Assembly (NCBI GenBank): GCA_016746295.1
Contig: JAEAOA010000822.1
Location: 822,104 to 886,103, forward strand
DNA length: 64,000 nt
Source: Potamilus streckersoni
Taxonomy: Eukaryota
Reading direction: 5' to 3'
Positions 27,275 through 39,639 of the stretch are shown here, piece by piece; positions within the stretch are counted from its first letter, which is position 1, and every line of letters begins with the position of its first letter. The translations under genes were made by a program, and so were the position numbers. The notes under the pieces are model-generated. The model saw nothing but the letters and a program-made list of their open reading frames with translations, was not told where the DNA came from and searched no databases.

Positions 27275-27480
27275 TGAAAACCCTATATCAAAATGACCAT
27301 CCATTATTGAAACCCCATATCAAAATGACCATCCATTATGGAAATCCAATATTAAAATGACCAGCCAGTGAGGAAACCCCATATCAATATGACCATCCAT
27401 TAAGAAAATCCCATCACTAACACCAGCCATTAGGGAAACCCCATATCAAAATGACCATCCATTGAAAAGAAAATGCAAAA
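27275..27480. repeat. ~37-41-bp tandem repeat (gaaaccccatatcaaaatgaccatccattat...), ~5 units
   Basis: Read directly. Related motif fragments occur at 16590-16640 and 33640-33670. Confidence 0.75.
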
Positions 27481-28199
27481 AAACTTTAAGATTACCACTT
27501 TGGTGACCATTTTAGACATCCAAAGGTGACCATTTTAGAGTTAAACCGTCAAAAATTTGGGACAAAACTTTCATAACAGTCCTCCTAGGAATACAGAATA
27601 TGAACAACTGATGACAGGCAATGAACAACAGGACAGCATATAAGCTTTTATGATGTGCGATTGATAGAGTAAATAACAAGAGAGAATAAAATTTGGCAGA
27701 ATTTACTTTAATTTTTTGTATAAAAATCACATATCACTGAAAACAATTAAGACAAGTTGTAATGATACCAAAGACATGACAAGTAACTAAGTTTCACCAA
27801 AGAGCATTAGGATAAATAAAAACATACAATGGGTTCACTAAACTCATCAGTGACCTACATGGATTTAAAACAATGACTGTGAAATATGGGAAGTATAAGT
27901 GTACCATTGGTCATCCATGTACAACAGCTTTTATGACATAAAGTAGAAAGAACAGAAATCCTAAAATATTGATCTCTGACTGTGACTTTGGGATTGGATA
28001 TCAAACATGGAATTTAACTCTTATTTTTGTACCAATAAATATGTGTACCATTTATCTTCAACATCTATCAAGTTGAAAAACTGTAAGAATAATGTAACTG
28101 AAAGCTAAAATATTAACCCAAGACTTTGAACTAGAAAATAGCAACTCCAAATGTTGTACAAGACACGCATTTCTAGTGATAAAATATTGATATACAAAG

Positions 28200-29310
28200 C
28201 TTAATCCCTTCATTTGAACTGACAAAAAAATTTAGCCAATGAAAGTGTACTGGAAAATTCAATACTAACCATACACCAACATATTAGGCTTGAAGACTGA
28301 CCTTGACCTTCAATACAAAACCCATGGATCTTTGCACACTTCTAATGATGATAATGAACAAGCACATCAAGTTAATTCCTTGATCTTAAATGATTCCAAG
28401 CTTACAGTGCAAGAAAGGAATATGTGACACAAACTTAACAAAATATAAAGTGAGCATGACTTTAAAGGAACCACAATATAACATAATGTGTCATCTACTG
28501 AAGTGTGATTATACAAAGTTTCATGACTTAATCTCAATTAGCTCACAAGTTATAAAGATAAAGGGATTAAGTAATGATAAACTTAAGCTACTCAAATGTG
28601 ACCATGACCTTCAAATTAAGAACCTGAACATGGCATGTACAAGAGTATGTGTAAGTATACAAAATAAGCTCAATCTCAAATAGCTCAAAATAATTGAGCT
28701 GAAAAGAAAGTGCAATGAAACACAAAAAAATATTCAGCTGTGACGTTAACCTTGAAAAAAATTACCACCAATGTGATGTTTGACACACCTTATGAATATG
28801 TAACTATACCATGTTTCATCCCTTTATCTCAAACATCTTTAAAGTTACAGCAATGAGAATGTGGTACACAAAACAACTTCTTGTTATAAAGTATTTTTAA
28901 AGTTACAGAATGGAATGGAAAGTATGGTGAAAAACTTAAAATATCAAATTAAGATCTTGGCCTTGAAAACAAGACCCCTGAAATAATACATAAAATTGCT
29001 TTCTAATGTTGATGTGCAAGTATACCAGCTTTCATGCCTTAATCTCAAACTGCTTTAAAGTTATAGATCAGAAAGGAAAGTATACTTGAAAACTTAAAAT
29101 ACTGATATGTGATGATGACTTTGAAAATCAGACCGCACAATATGGAACAAAACTCATCTCCGAGAGATGATTAGTATGTTTTCCAAGTTTCATTCCATAA
29201 TCAAAATTGTTTTGAAAGTTACAAAGCATAAATGAAAACCTGTTGACTGGGCTGAGGGGCAAAAACATGAATAATATATAAAAGTTTTTTACAATGTTGG
29301 GGACTATATT
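28200..29310. repeat. Degenerate ~160-170-bp satellite-like array (motifs ..ctgaccttgaccttcaa.. / ..tgaccatgaccttcaaattaag.. / ..tttcatcccttaatctcaaac..ctttaaagttacag..gaaagta..tgaaaacttaaaat..)
   Basis: About 6-7 diverged units (~60-70% identity by eye) with a recurring motif order. The same family occurs at 35800-37560. Confidence 0.6.
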
Positions 29311-29616
29311 CTGCTGCTGTGAAGCTAACATGCTTACAGCACATAGTAATTAAGGTTTGACATTGAGAAAAGGAAAAAGGTCAATATAAATAGAAATAAC
29401 TATTCTGTCTGCTTGGAGGTAATTGACCAAATTGGATTTGTATGTAAGAAGCAAGGACTAAACAACTAAGACCTACCTGTTCCAGCTTGTGCAACCCCTA
29501 AACTGTACAATGTATTTGTAGATCCAAATAAAGATCCACATTTTACTTTTCGACGACTTCTGAACGGGACTGATAGTGGGGTTTTTTTCTGCTAAAAATT
29601 TAAAGCCTGACTGATT

Positions 29617-30341
29617 CTAAAACATCTGCTGACTTGCCTGACTTGGAGCAAATGATGCAAATCCAGATGTTGGGTGACTTTGGAACATTGGATGACTTGC
29701 AACTGAGCCAGTTAGTTTAAATGAATCAAATCCATCAGCTGAGAGACTTTGGACCATTGGCTGACTTGGCTGACTTGTGTCTGGTTCAGTTGCTGAAAAT
29801 GATGTAGATCCAAATGCTGAGTGTCTTTGGCATACTGACTTACCTATAACTTGGCCAGTTGGTATAAATGGCTCAAATCTATCTGTTGTGGAACTTTGAA
29901 GCACTAGCTGACTTGACTTATCTGGAACTCCAAATCCATATGCTGTTTCATTTTGGGACAGTTTCTCACTTGGCTGACTCCCAAATGTGACAAATGATTT
30001 AGGTGCTGCATATGCAAATGTTTCTACTTCTTTGAACATCTGCTGACTTGCAAATGAGGCAGTTGCTGTAGATGGTTTAGATGCTCCAAATGCAAACACT
30101 GGTTGTCTCTGCAAAGTATCATGACCATCAACAGGGATATGTGAGTGAGATAGTGCTGACTCAAACATGGGTGTTGAATGAATCTCTGGCAGTCCCAAAG
30201 CCAAAGAGCCACACAGGGTCCCATCTTGTGGTGTCTCTTTTTTCCCAGGGAAGTCCAATTTTAAATGCTCTCTCACGTCTAAAGGTGTAACCCCATACAT
30301 AGATCTAGATGGTGATGCTGACCTCGGATGTATTGCTTCAC
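29617..30341 (-). CDS. Candidate large exon, possibly terminal (stop TAG at 29617-29619), encoding a Ser/Thr/Phe-rich FG-repeat-like low-complexity region
   Basis: Minus acceptor ttctcattttcattggcaaag|GTGAAGCAATA (AG at plus 30342-30343, phase 1). ~240 open codons: ..GEAIHPRSASPSRSMYGVTPLDVREHLKLDFPGKKETPQDG..PVFAFGASKPSTATASFASQQMF..FVTFGSQPSEK..AYGFGVPDKSS..DRFEPFIPTGQVIG KSVCQRHSAFGSTSFSA..SADGFDSFK..PMFQSHPTSGFASFAPSQASQQMF*. Overlaps ORF 29617-30300. Consensus internal donor ATAG|gtaagtcag after ..GQVIG (gt at plus 29842-29843) would make it a phase 1-1 internal exon of 498 nt. Confidence 0.55.
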
Positions 30342-30789
30342 CTTTGCCAATGAAAATGAGAACATTTTTAAAAAAAGGTTATGCAGTACAGTCTCACCTG
30401 CAACCTATGCAAATTTGTATCCCCACCAGATATTTTACTTAAAGAAGCTTCTACAAAAACATTTAACACAGATCTTAATGCTTAAAATATTCCTGTTAGA
30501 AAGTAATGACTCTGTCTCGCAAATCTGTCACAAGTCATCTCATAGTTTTACTTTTTCTCAAGAAGTCTTTAAGACTGAGTCTATGTATTTATGTATTCAT
30601 AGTGTAGATGATTAGTGGTCCATGACATCATCAAACCATACACCAAAGACATTAATGGTACATGCAAAATTTAAAACTGTTGATGTAATAATATATGTAA
30701 CCAAGTGATTCAACATGATTTCAAGGTAATATCTTTATCTATAACATACTTCTAGCAGGTGTATCAGAATGAAGGAGGCTTCAAGTTGC

Positions 30790-32040
30790 AAATCCTATTG
30801 ATATCTGTTTTGACACCCCCTCTCTATCAGGAAAAGTAACCCTTTCCCATCATGACAATGACCTCCTTCCTATCTGGAAATGGAACCCTTCCCTTCAGGA
30901 CAATGAACCCCTTCCTATCTGGAAATGAAAACCTTCCCATCAGGACAATATCCTCTTCCTATCTAGAAATGAAACCCTTCCCATCAGGACAATGAACCCC
31001 TTCCTATCTGGAAATGAAACCTTTCCCATCAGGACAATAAACCCTTCCTATCTAGAAATGAAACTCTTCCCATCAGGACAATGAACCCCTTCCTATCTGG
31101 AAATGAAACCCTTCCTATCAGGATAATGACCCCCTTCCTATCTGGAAATGAAACCCTTCCCATCAGGACAATGAACCCCTTCCTATCTGGAAATGAAACC
31201 CTACCCTTCAGGATAATGACCCCCTTCATATCTGGAAATGAAATCTTTCCCGTCAGGACAATGACCCCCTTTTTATCTGGAACTTAAACCCTTCCAATCA
31301 GGACAATGAATACCTTCCTATCTGGAAATGAAACCCTTCCCATTAGGACAATGACCCCCTTCCTATCTGGAAATGAATCCCTTCCCATCAGGACAATGAC
31401 CCCCTTCCTATTTGTAAATGAAACTCTTCCCATCAGGACAATGAACCCCTTCCTATCTGGAAATGAAACCCTTCCCATCAGGACAATGAACCCCTTCCTA
31501 TCTGGAAATGAAACCTTACCCTTCAGGATAATGACCCCCTTCCTATCTGGTAATGAAACCCTTCCCATCAGGACAATGACCCATTTCCTATCTGGAAATG
31601 AAACCCTACCCTTCAGGACAATGACCCCCTTCCTATCTGGAAATGAAATCTTTCCCATCAGGACAATGACCCCCTTTTTATCTGGAACTTAAACCCTTCC
31701 AATCAGGACAATGAATACCTTCCTATCTGGAAATGAAACCCTTCCCATTAGGACAATGACCCCCTTCCTATCTGGAAATGAATCCCTTCCCATCACGATA
31801 ATGACCCCCTTCCTATCTGGAAATGAAACTCTTCCCATCAGGACAATGAACCTCTTCCTATCTGGAAATGAAACTTCCCATCAGGGCAATGACCCCCTTC
31901 CTATCTGGAAAAGAAACCCTTCCCATCAAGACAATGAACCCTTCCTATCTGGAAATGAAACCCTTCAATCAGGACAATGAACCCTTCTTATCTGGAAATG
32001 AAACCCTTCCCATCAGGACATTGACCCCATACATATCTAG
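30790..32040. repeat. 45-bp minisatellite (caggacaatgaaccccttcctatctggaaatgaaacccttcccat), ~28 units
   Basis: Unit counted as 45 bp. Plus and minus ORFs 31029-32176 (GRVSFPDRKGVIVLM / LSGNETLPIRTMTPF repeats) are 3n-period artefacts. Confidence 0.9.
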
Positions 32041-34140
32041 ACAATCTCCCCTTCCTAAACTATTTTTAAAAGTTATAATGGGACTTGCATTTTTAGACAG
32101 GTCATCAAGCACTGAAATGTGTTCTAAAAATGATGTATCTTGCTTGTACAAAGACAAAGAGCCGAGTATTTATTGATACAATATGGCTCTCAATTGCCAG
32201 GAATTAATATGGAGTAAACCAGTCACTAACAATAACAGTAAGCAAACATAACCATTGCAGATAAATAGGATACACAACTATGTCTCCATTGTAAGAGGGG
32301 GAAAGTATATTAGGGGACCTGATAGTGATAAACCATGGTACAGTGTGATCCCACTATAACATGGTAGTTGGGCATCACAGAACCCATCCATGTTATAGAC
32401 CAAACCATGTTACAAACAACCAGGTTAGTAAGCTGAAGAAAAGGATGCATGTACCCGAAGAAATGTGCATGGGGTGGGAGGGTGGTAGGTAATAAATGAA
32501 GGCTAAAAAATACGTTCTTCATTGGCACAGTTATCATCTTAAATCAATGAATAGTAAATAAAAAATTAGCCTACAGTGAAAACAGAGTCGGTATATATAA
32601 TATTTTACTTTATTCAGAGAACCACGCATTGGTACTTATATGTGTATGCTGTTTATATATACATGTCTAATGTATAGCAATGAATAAAGTATCAACACCA
32701 TGTACTCACCAGCGAATCACGTCACATACATTGAATCCACATTACAAGTAATTCCATCGAAAATATATACACACACAGATTTTTCAAAATATTCAATAAT
32801 TTTGTCACAAGTTATATAGGTCTGAATTCAGTGGGGAAAAAAAATAGCACAATTATGTAACTAATTGTGAAGCACATTTATTTTTCAGTACATCCCAAGT
32901 CAGAAAAAGTTTGTGTTTTAAGCGCCATTGGTAGATTTCTTAAGCATAAACTGAAAGATTTGTTTCAAAGGATTTTCTATTTTTAGTACTGGCAGCCATA
33001 TTTGATGGTAGCAATGTGCATAAAACTTAAAAATTCAAATTAATTCCTTTATAGCCTCATGTCACCTGATGATGTCCAATACGGTTGCCAAATTTGGTAA
33101 AATTCTGCTCTGAAAATTTTTAAGAACACAATTCACATTTCTATTTTTTGAGTAGGACAGTTGGAGCCAATGCTAGACAAGGAGAGGGGTTTTAGTTTGC
33201 CTTCCATTTGCACCAGTCTCCTGATGTTGCATGGCCACATAATCAACAGTGGTCACTTATGAAGATAACAAGATGATTCAAAATATTTCAAAATCTGATG
33301 ATACTTATGTTCTCAGCATGGGAGGTTGGTTGGGATTTTGAAAAGTTGTTTAGTATAAATCCAGTGTTGAACACCAAGGAAAATTTATTCTTCATTCAAA
33401 AGTAATAACAAGATTTACCAGATGTCCATTTTGGACATCAGATTGACATCATTTTCATTTAGGACCAACTAGACATCATAAAAGAGCTTCTGATGAAAAC
33501 CTCTTTTATTACATTCAGGAAAAGTGATGAAAGTCCAGGTCAGTAGGACTTTCCATTCAGGAGGAATAGTCCTAACAAGATGGCTGCTGTGATGGCTATA
33601 CAGGATATAAGATCTAAACATGTATCATTCTGAACCAACTAAACCTCAAATGAAGTCTTTCAGTAAAAACCCCAGGTTGAAATTGTCCTAGTAATTTTGG
33701 AGGAGTACCAATAAAAAATTTATGCTACCAGATGGACAGTTGGCAGATGAAAGAAATAAATCAGCCCTTATGCATGTTATTCAAACCAGTATTTCCATAT
33801 TTAGACCCTTTCATGTAAACCTACCATCAATAAGAATTTTCCTCCCAAGATGTGGGTATCTTCAATCCCTCCTATCATTTTGTGAAATTCTTACAAAATT
33901 ATTAAAAACAATTGAGAACAGAAATGTATCCTTTCTTACATTTTGCTTCCAGTTTAGTGCATATATCAGAAAGGCCTATGGTTATCATGCAACTGTAAAC
34001 AGGTTAGCATGTCACATGAATTGCTAATTTGACAGACAGCAGTAATTCTGAAAGGACTAAAGATGTTAATGCATTATAGCCCAATTAGTCATTATTAAAA
34101 CAGTTCAAGTGACATAAAAATGGGTCACTTTGGCTCTGCT

Positions 34141-34428
34141 GTGTGTGTGTGTGTGTGATTTGGATTTTTAATGTAGCTTTAACAAATTTAGGCATATTGC
34201 TATGTCTTCAGTGTCGTGGTTTATAGTGATGTTTAGCACTGAGGTATTTATGTCCCACTAAGCAGCATTATCCTGACACCAAGCTGACCACTCCTAACAC
34301 TAACCTCTTAATGCTTAGTATGAAGTGAGGCAGATGCTATTACCATCTTCTTAAGTCTTTGGTAAGACTCTGCCAGTAACAGCATTTGAGGCAGACACAC
34401 TAACCATTTATGCCACCAGCTTTGATAT
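34141..34428 (-). mobile_element. SINE family A copy, (GT)n-extended tail
   Basis: gtgtgtgtgtgtgtgtgatttggatttttaatgtagctttaacaa... collinear with 17668 and 25338 copies. Confidence 0.65.
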
Positions 34429-35616
34429 TTAATGTTTTGTCATGATGTCTAAGTGTACGTGGTCCTGTCAATGCTAAAACACCATAATCCCAACACCAAA
34501 GGATCACATGAAATTCAACAATGGATGGAAACAAAAATTTCAGTGATTGGAATATACATGAATATGCATTTTTGTCATTGCTGTAAAGCTGATTTGAAGA
34601 TAAACTTCTTAAATCCAACCCAGACTGCACCAATCTTGAGGCTTTCTGTCAGGCATTCAGCAACTTGAACATCTTCAATGGTTGTCTTTTTTTGTCCACC
34701 TGCAGGCTAAAAATTGGGTTGATCATTTCCTAATGTGAAGTCAAAACTCCGTACCAAAATCTGTACCTCTCATGATCTGTTCTAAGTCAAAATCTGTGTC
34801 TAATACAGAAAGACCTTTTTCATTTTTCTATTTCTTCTGCACCTTCTCTTTCTCTCCCTCCCTCCCTTCATCTCTCTCTCTATCTTTTAAGATGAACAGA
34901 TCTTAAAATGTGTCTCAACTGTTGACCCTCTGGTACAGATATGTATATAATAAAATAAGGGGACTGCTTCAGAAAATGCCTAAATGCCTAAAAATGAACT
35001 CCAAGCAACAAAAATGAGTTTCCACTTGATTCATGCAAATTGTCAGTGACTGAACTAGCATGACCTGCTGCTGCTGCTCTGGCATACTGGATTACACATC
35101 AAGTACTGGATGCATGTTGATTCAGACCAAAGACTTGATATGGACCATGTGAAATATTATTAAGCTTGATCTTAGAAGTTAATTTGACGTTTACATTTGT
35201 TTAAAATATTTTTTTAAATTATTTTTTCATGTATGTTGAGCAGTTCAAAACTTCACCAAAGGAAACATTTTATGAGAGATAACAGCATATTTAAAATCAA
35301 ATGAAATAATGACTGTTTATCTTGCGCTGCTAATTTATTAGTGAAATGTTTCTTAAGCTTTTTGCACAATAGTTCACTTTATTTTTACTGCCAAAAATAC
35401 AATTATTAACAGTAAAAAAAAAAATAAGGCCAAAGCAGTAAAGTTTTTTTTCATCTATCTTCATAATATTGGTCTGAGTATGATAATGTTGTACTATATA
35501 TTGACTGTACCAAAAAAACAATTTTTTTTTCTAAAAATTATATTGTGGTCCTGTAAAATTCATGATTTAATTGAATACAATATCATAAATCTAGATTCTT
35601 CAAATCTTTTGAACTT

Positions 35617-35617
35617 T

Positions 35618-35690
<73 letters not shown>
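35617..35690. repeat. (TAA)n microsatellite
   Basis: aataataat run. ORF 35480-35707 (poly-Ile) is an artefact. Confidence 0.95.
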
Positions 35691-35909
35691 CTAATCAGTG
35701 TTTTTGACTATTAAGATAACACTTTCACTGTGAAACACAAGCTGCCATCACATAAATATGTGTATAATTACTTGTCCCTGAACCTAATTTAGCTTTTTAT
35801 CATATAAAGCTATATTACAAAAACAACTATGAAATATATGCTTGTGACCTTGACATTGAAAATAATACTCCAAATGGGGATTGCAATCAACCTTCTAATG
35901 AAAATATAC

Positions 35910-36545
35910 AAGTATACCAATTTCATTCCTTTATCTTAAACAACTGTACAAGTTACTGAGTGTATACCAATTTCATTCCTTTATCTTAAACAACTGTACA
36001 AGTTACTGAGTGTATACCAATTTCATTCCTTTATCTTAAACAACTGTACAAGTTACTGAGTGTATACCAATTTCATTCCAAACAATTGTACAAGTTACTG
36101 AGTGTATACCAATTTAATTCCAAACAACTGTACAAGTTACTGAGTGTATACCAATTTCATTCCTTTATCTTAAACAACTGTACAAGTTACTGAGTGTATA
36201 CCAATTTAATTCCAAACAATTGTACAAGTTACTGAGTGTATATCAATTTCATTCCAAACAACTGTACAAGTTACTGAGTGTATACCAATTTAATTCCAAA
36301 CAATTGTACAAGTTACTGAGTGTATATCAATTTCATTCCAAACAACTGTACAAGTTACTGAGTGTATACCAATTTAATTCCAAACAATTGTACAAGTTAC
36401 TGAGTGTATACCAATTTAATTCCAAACAATTGTACAAGTTAATGAGTGTGAGTGTATACCAATTTAATTCCAAACAATTGTACAAGTTACTGAGTGTATA
36501 CCAATTTCATTCCAAACAACTGTACAAGTTATTGAATAGAAATAA
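35910..36545. repeat. ~48/60-bp minisatellite (tgtacaagttactgagtgtataccaatttcattcc[tttatcttaaa]caac), ~11 units
   Basis: Two unit variants, with and without tttatcttaaa. ORF 36220-36564 is an artefact. Nested inside the 165-bp satellite-like family. Confidence 0.85.
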
Positions 36546-36559
36546 AAATGGTACTGAAA

Positions 36560-37560
36560 CCTAAATTATTGGCCTGTGACATTGACCTTAAAGGTAGAAT
36601 CTCCACAGTGCTAGATGATAAATACATCAGGTTTAGTCTCCTAATCTCCAAAGATTATAATGCTATTGAATAAAATGGAAAGCATGAAGAAAAACTTAAA
36701 ACTATGAACATGACCTTGAAGCTAGGATATTTAATATGGCATGCAATATGCTTGTTGTAAATGATTTATCAATTTTCATCTCTCAATCTCAATAGATCTA
36801 ACATTATAGAGAACAAAGAAAAGATTGATGGAAAACATAAAATACTGACCTATGACCATGACACTGAAGATGCAACACCCACCCAATGTTGTACATCAAA
36901 CACTTTTTAACAATAATATATATGTATAAAAAGTTTCATCCCTAAAGCTAATTGGTCCATAAAGTTAAAATGTAAAAAAATTGTGTACTGGATACAGTGA
37001 TGGACTTATTGTTGTTGCTTTTGTTGTTGTTGCAGGCTTAAGACCATTTTTCTGCACATGATAGGCTTTATATTGTGACCAGTATAACTAGTAGAACAAC
37101 ACTGCTGCAATATCTTAATTTAAAATACAGACCTGTGACCTTGGCTTTGACCACCCATGTAGTAGTAGTAGTACACAATATACCTTTCAACTAAGCAGAA
37201 AAGTGTGATGGAAAACTTACAATGAGCTACGACCTTGACCTGACATTATGACCCCCAATGTGGTACACAACACAACTTCAAATGATACTGCATACAAATG
37301 CCACACTTCATCAAGCTTTAAGTATGGAATGTAAAGTGAGAAAGAAAACTTAAAAACAGTGACCCCAAAGATTTTGATCTTTGATCCCAATTTTGTATAC
37401 GAAACACATTCCAATGATAAGGCATACTTATCTTTAACCTCAAGTAAAGTTATTAAGCAGACACGAAAGTGGCATGGATGGATTGATGAAAACAGGCTTT
37501 TTGTAAAAGAGTTGAGGACAAAAATGAGTGCCAACGTCAAAATTGTGTACTGTGAATAAT
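36560..37560. repeat. Degenerate ~165-bp satellite-like family, same as 28200-29310, interrupted by a SINE-B tail fragment at ~37015-37085
   Basis: Recurring ..aaaacttaaaa(c)tatgaacatgaccttgaag.. / ..ctgacctatgaccatgacactgaag.. / ..gagctacgaccttgacctgacattatgacccccaatgtggtacac.. / ..agtttcatccctaaagc.. modules. Confidence 0.55.
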
Positions 37561-37644
37561 GTACAATTTTAAAACAGCAAAAACTGTTGTTGAAAATTTT
37601 CTCACCTTAAGAGCACAAAACAGTCGGTTTTACACTAAAATATA

Positions 37645-37882
37645 GGGGCGCCGAGTGGTCTAAAGCACTGTCCGTTACGGATCACTGCCATCTCACCTCT
37701 GTCTTCGTGGGTTCGAGTCTAGGATTCAGCGAATGTGGATATGTGAGAAAGCTTGCCAGTAGCTTCTCGTGGGTCGGTGGTTCTTTCTGGTAATTTCCCG
37801 GTTTCTTCCTCCACCATTAATACTGGCTGCCATGAATAGCCTATCGTGTGCTGAAAAATGGTGTTAAGCACAACAACAACAA
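37645..37882 (+). mobile_element. Full tRNA-derived SINE family B copy: tRNA-like head, body, (CAA)n tail, 11-bp TSD cactaaaatat
   Basis: Head ggggcgccgagtggtctaaagcac...cgtgGGTTCGAGTCtagg. Tail cacaacaacaacaacac. TSD at 37633-37644 and 37883-37893. Confidence 0.8.
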
Positions 37883-39218
37883 CACTAAAATATTCAGTCA
37901 ACAAAATATTCAGTATAAACTTTAAATGACCTTTAAGCATATACCAGCATCAAAAAGTCAAGACCATTAGAGCAATGACATTGGATTAAGTAAGACAGAA
38001 ATATAATACTGTCCACAAATGAATTTAAAACTAGAACTGATTTTCCTTTAAGGAATAAAAGCAACAATATTCATATTAAATGGTGACAATTACAACAATT
38101 AGGAAGGAATCAGTGTTTGTAGGATGGACTGCAGGATGGACTGTAGGATGGACTGTAGGATGGACTGCACTGCTTGCAAGACAGTTTTCACTGTTGCACT
38201 TTTAAGTATGTGTATCTGCTAAAATTATCTTGAAGATGCATGTGTTGAAATGAACTTCAAGATCCTTTACAGAAATCTGTCCTGGATTCCGTATAGAATA
38301 CTTCAGGAATCCGTATGGAAGAGATAATGGACTGAAAAACTTATGGAATCAGACAATTTATTCCATATCAATTCCATAAGTACTTCACAGCAAGTGAAAA
38401 TTCCATATGGAATAAAGTTGCAACTTTAATCAATAAGCACTTTTTCCATATAGAATGCAGGCTCATTATAGTATAAAATATTCTCTGAAGAATTAATTTA
38501 CTATCTGATTCAAATAGAAATATTGATGGGAGTTAAGAGTACAAGTATCTGTCAGTGCAGCTGATGTGGAAGGATGAATATATATATACTCATATAAATT
38601 TGAAGAAAACACATGTATGTCAGTTTTCTTTAATTTATTTCCACAGATGTTAAAAAACAGGCAGACATGACCAAAAATGTAAATTGGTTAAAATTGCTGT
38701 TAAATGTAATAAACACTTCACTGCTTAACAGGACTATGTGTAGCGCACTGCACTGGGCAACTTTGCTCCATGTGTATGGAAGGGCTAAAAAGCCATACAC
38801 TCTATGAGGGAAGGATTAAATATTGTAAATCAATCCTCATATAATGACTGATACCTGACAGCTTTAACAGTTAATGAAGGCCATATGATAAAAGACAGCA
38901 GTCATGTGACACAGATTTTCACCAGTATTGTTCTACAAAAATAACATGATCCTGTACACATAGAAATGGGAGACAGACACACATCACCATTACTTTTAGC
39001 ACAATCTATAAGCATTTAAGTAATGGCATTGTATTTTCCATATTAACATCACCCCAACTATTCACAAATGCACTGAGAAGAATCCAACCTTTTCCTGGGT
39101 TAATCAAAAGAGAAATATATTATTAGTGTCTTGAACTTAGTTGAGATTTGAACCAAAAAAAGTGTAGTGGAGTCCTCAAATCCCTAAAACAACATAAACT
39201 TGAAATTTGTTTTCTTAC

Positions 39219-39303
39219 CTTCTTTTGACATTTTACTTGCTACATGTCTTGTACTGAGAGAATCTGAAGATAACCCAAGAGAATTTGCACTAGACATCAA
39301 AAT
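39219..39303 (-). CDS. Candidate small exon (85 nt, phase 0 in / 1 out): ILMSSANSLGLSSDSLSTRHVASKMSKE(G)
   Basis: Minus acceptor ctctttttgtttccag|ATTTTGATG (AG at plus 39304-39305). Donor AAAGAAG|gtaagaaaac (gt at plus 39217-39218). The frame is shared with ORF 39184-39399, whose acidic N-terminal part lies upstream of the acceptor. Confidence 0.5.
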
Positions 39304-39639
39304 CTGGAAACAAAAAGAGAATTTACAGTTGTAACTATCATCATCATTATCAAGATTAAAAAAGTTATCATCACCATCATCTTCATCAACATCATCCACA
39401 CCAGCTACATTTTACTTTATATAGTTTGGATCAGATTCTTTATGAACTTCTACTATTCACTTATTTACATGAATACATAATTTGAAACATTTAATAACTT
39501 ATATTTCTCATAACATCTACATTATGCATTTTTTGCAATTTGTATTTAAACACAAAGTTTAGATCAAAATAAAATATATGTAATATTAAGAAATCACAAG
39601 GTAAAACATGAAAATTTGAAGAACACCTGCCCAATGTGG

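Noticed and set aside
30790-32180. Overlapping ORFs on both strands encoding GRVSFPDRKGVIVLM and LSGNETLPIRTMTPF repeats (up to 128 aa)
   Set aside because: 45-bp minisatellite with no stops in the unit. Both strands are open simultaneously, and there are no splice or start context signals.
39304-39399. Acidic stretch MDDVDEDDGDDNFFNLDNDDDSYNCKFSFCFQ in frame upstream of the 39.2k exon
   Set aside because: It lies upstream of a strong acceptor (ctctttttgtttccag) and is low-complexity (gat)n-like. It is more likely intronic. Exon extension cannot be excluded without transcript data.
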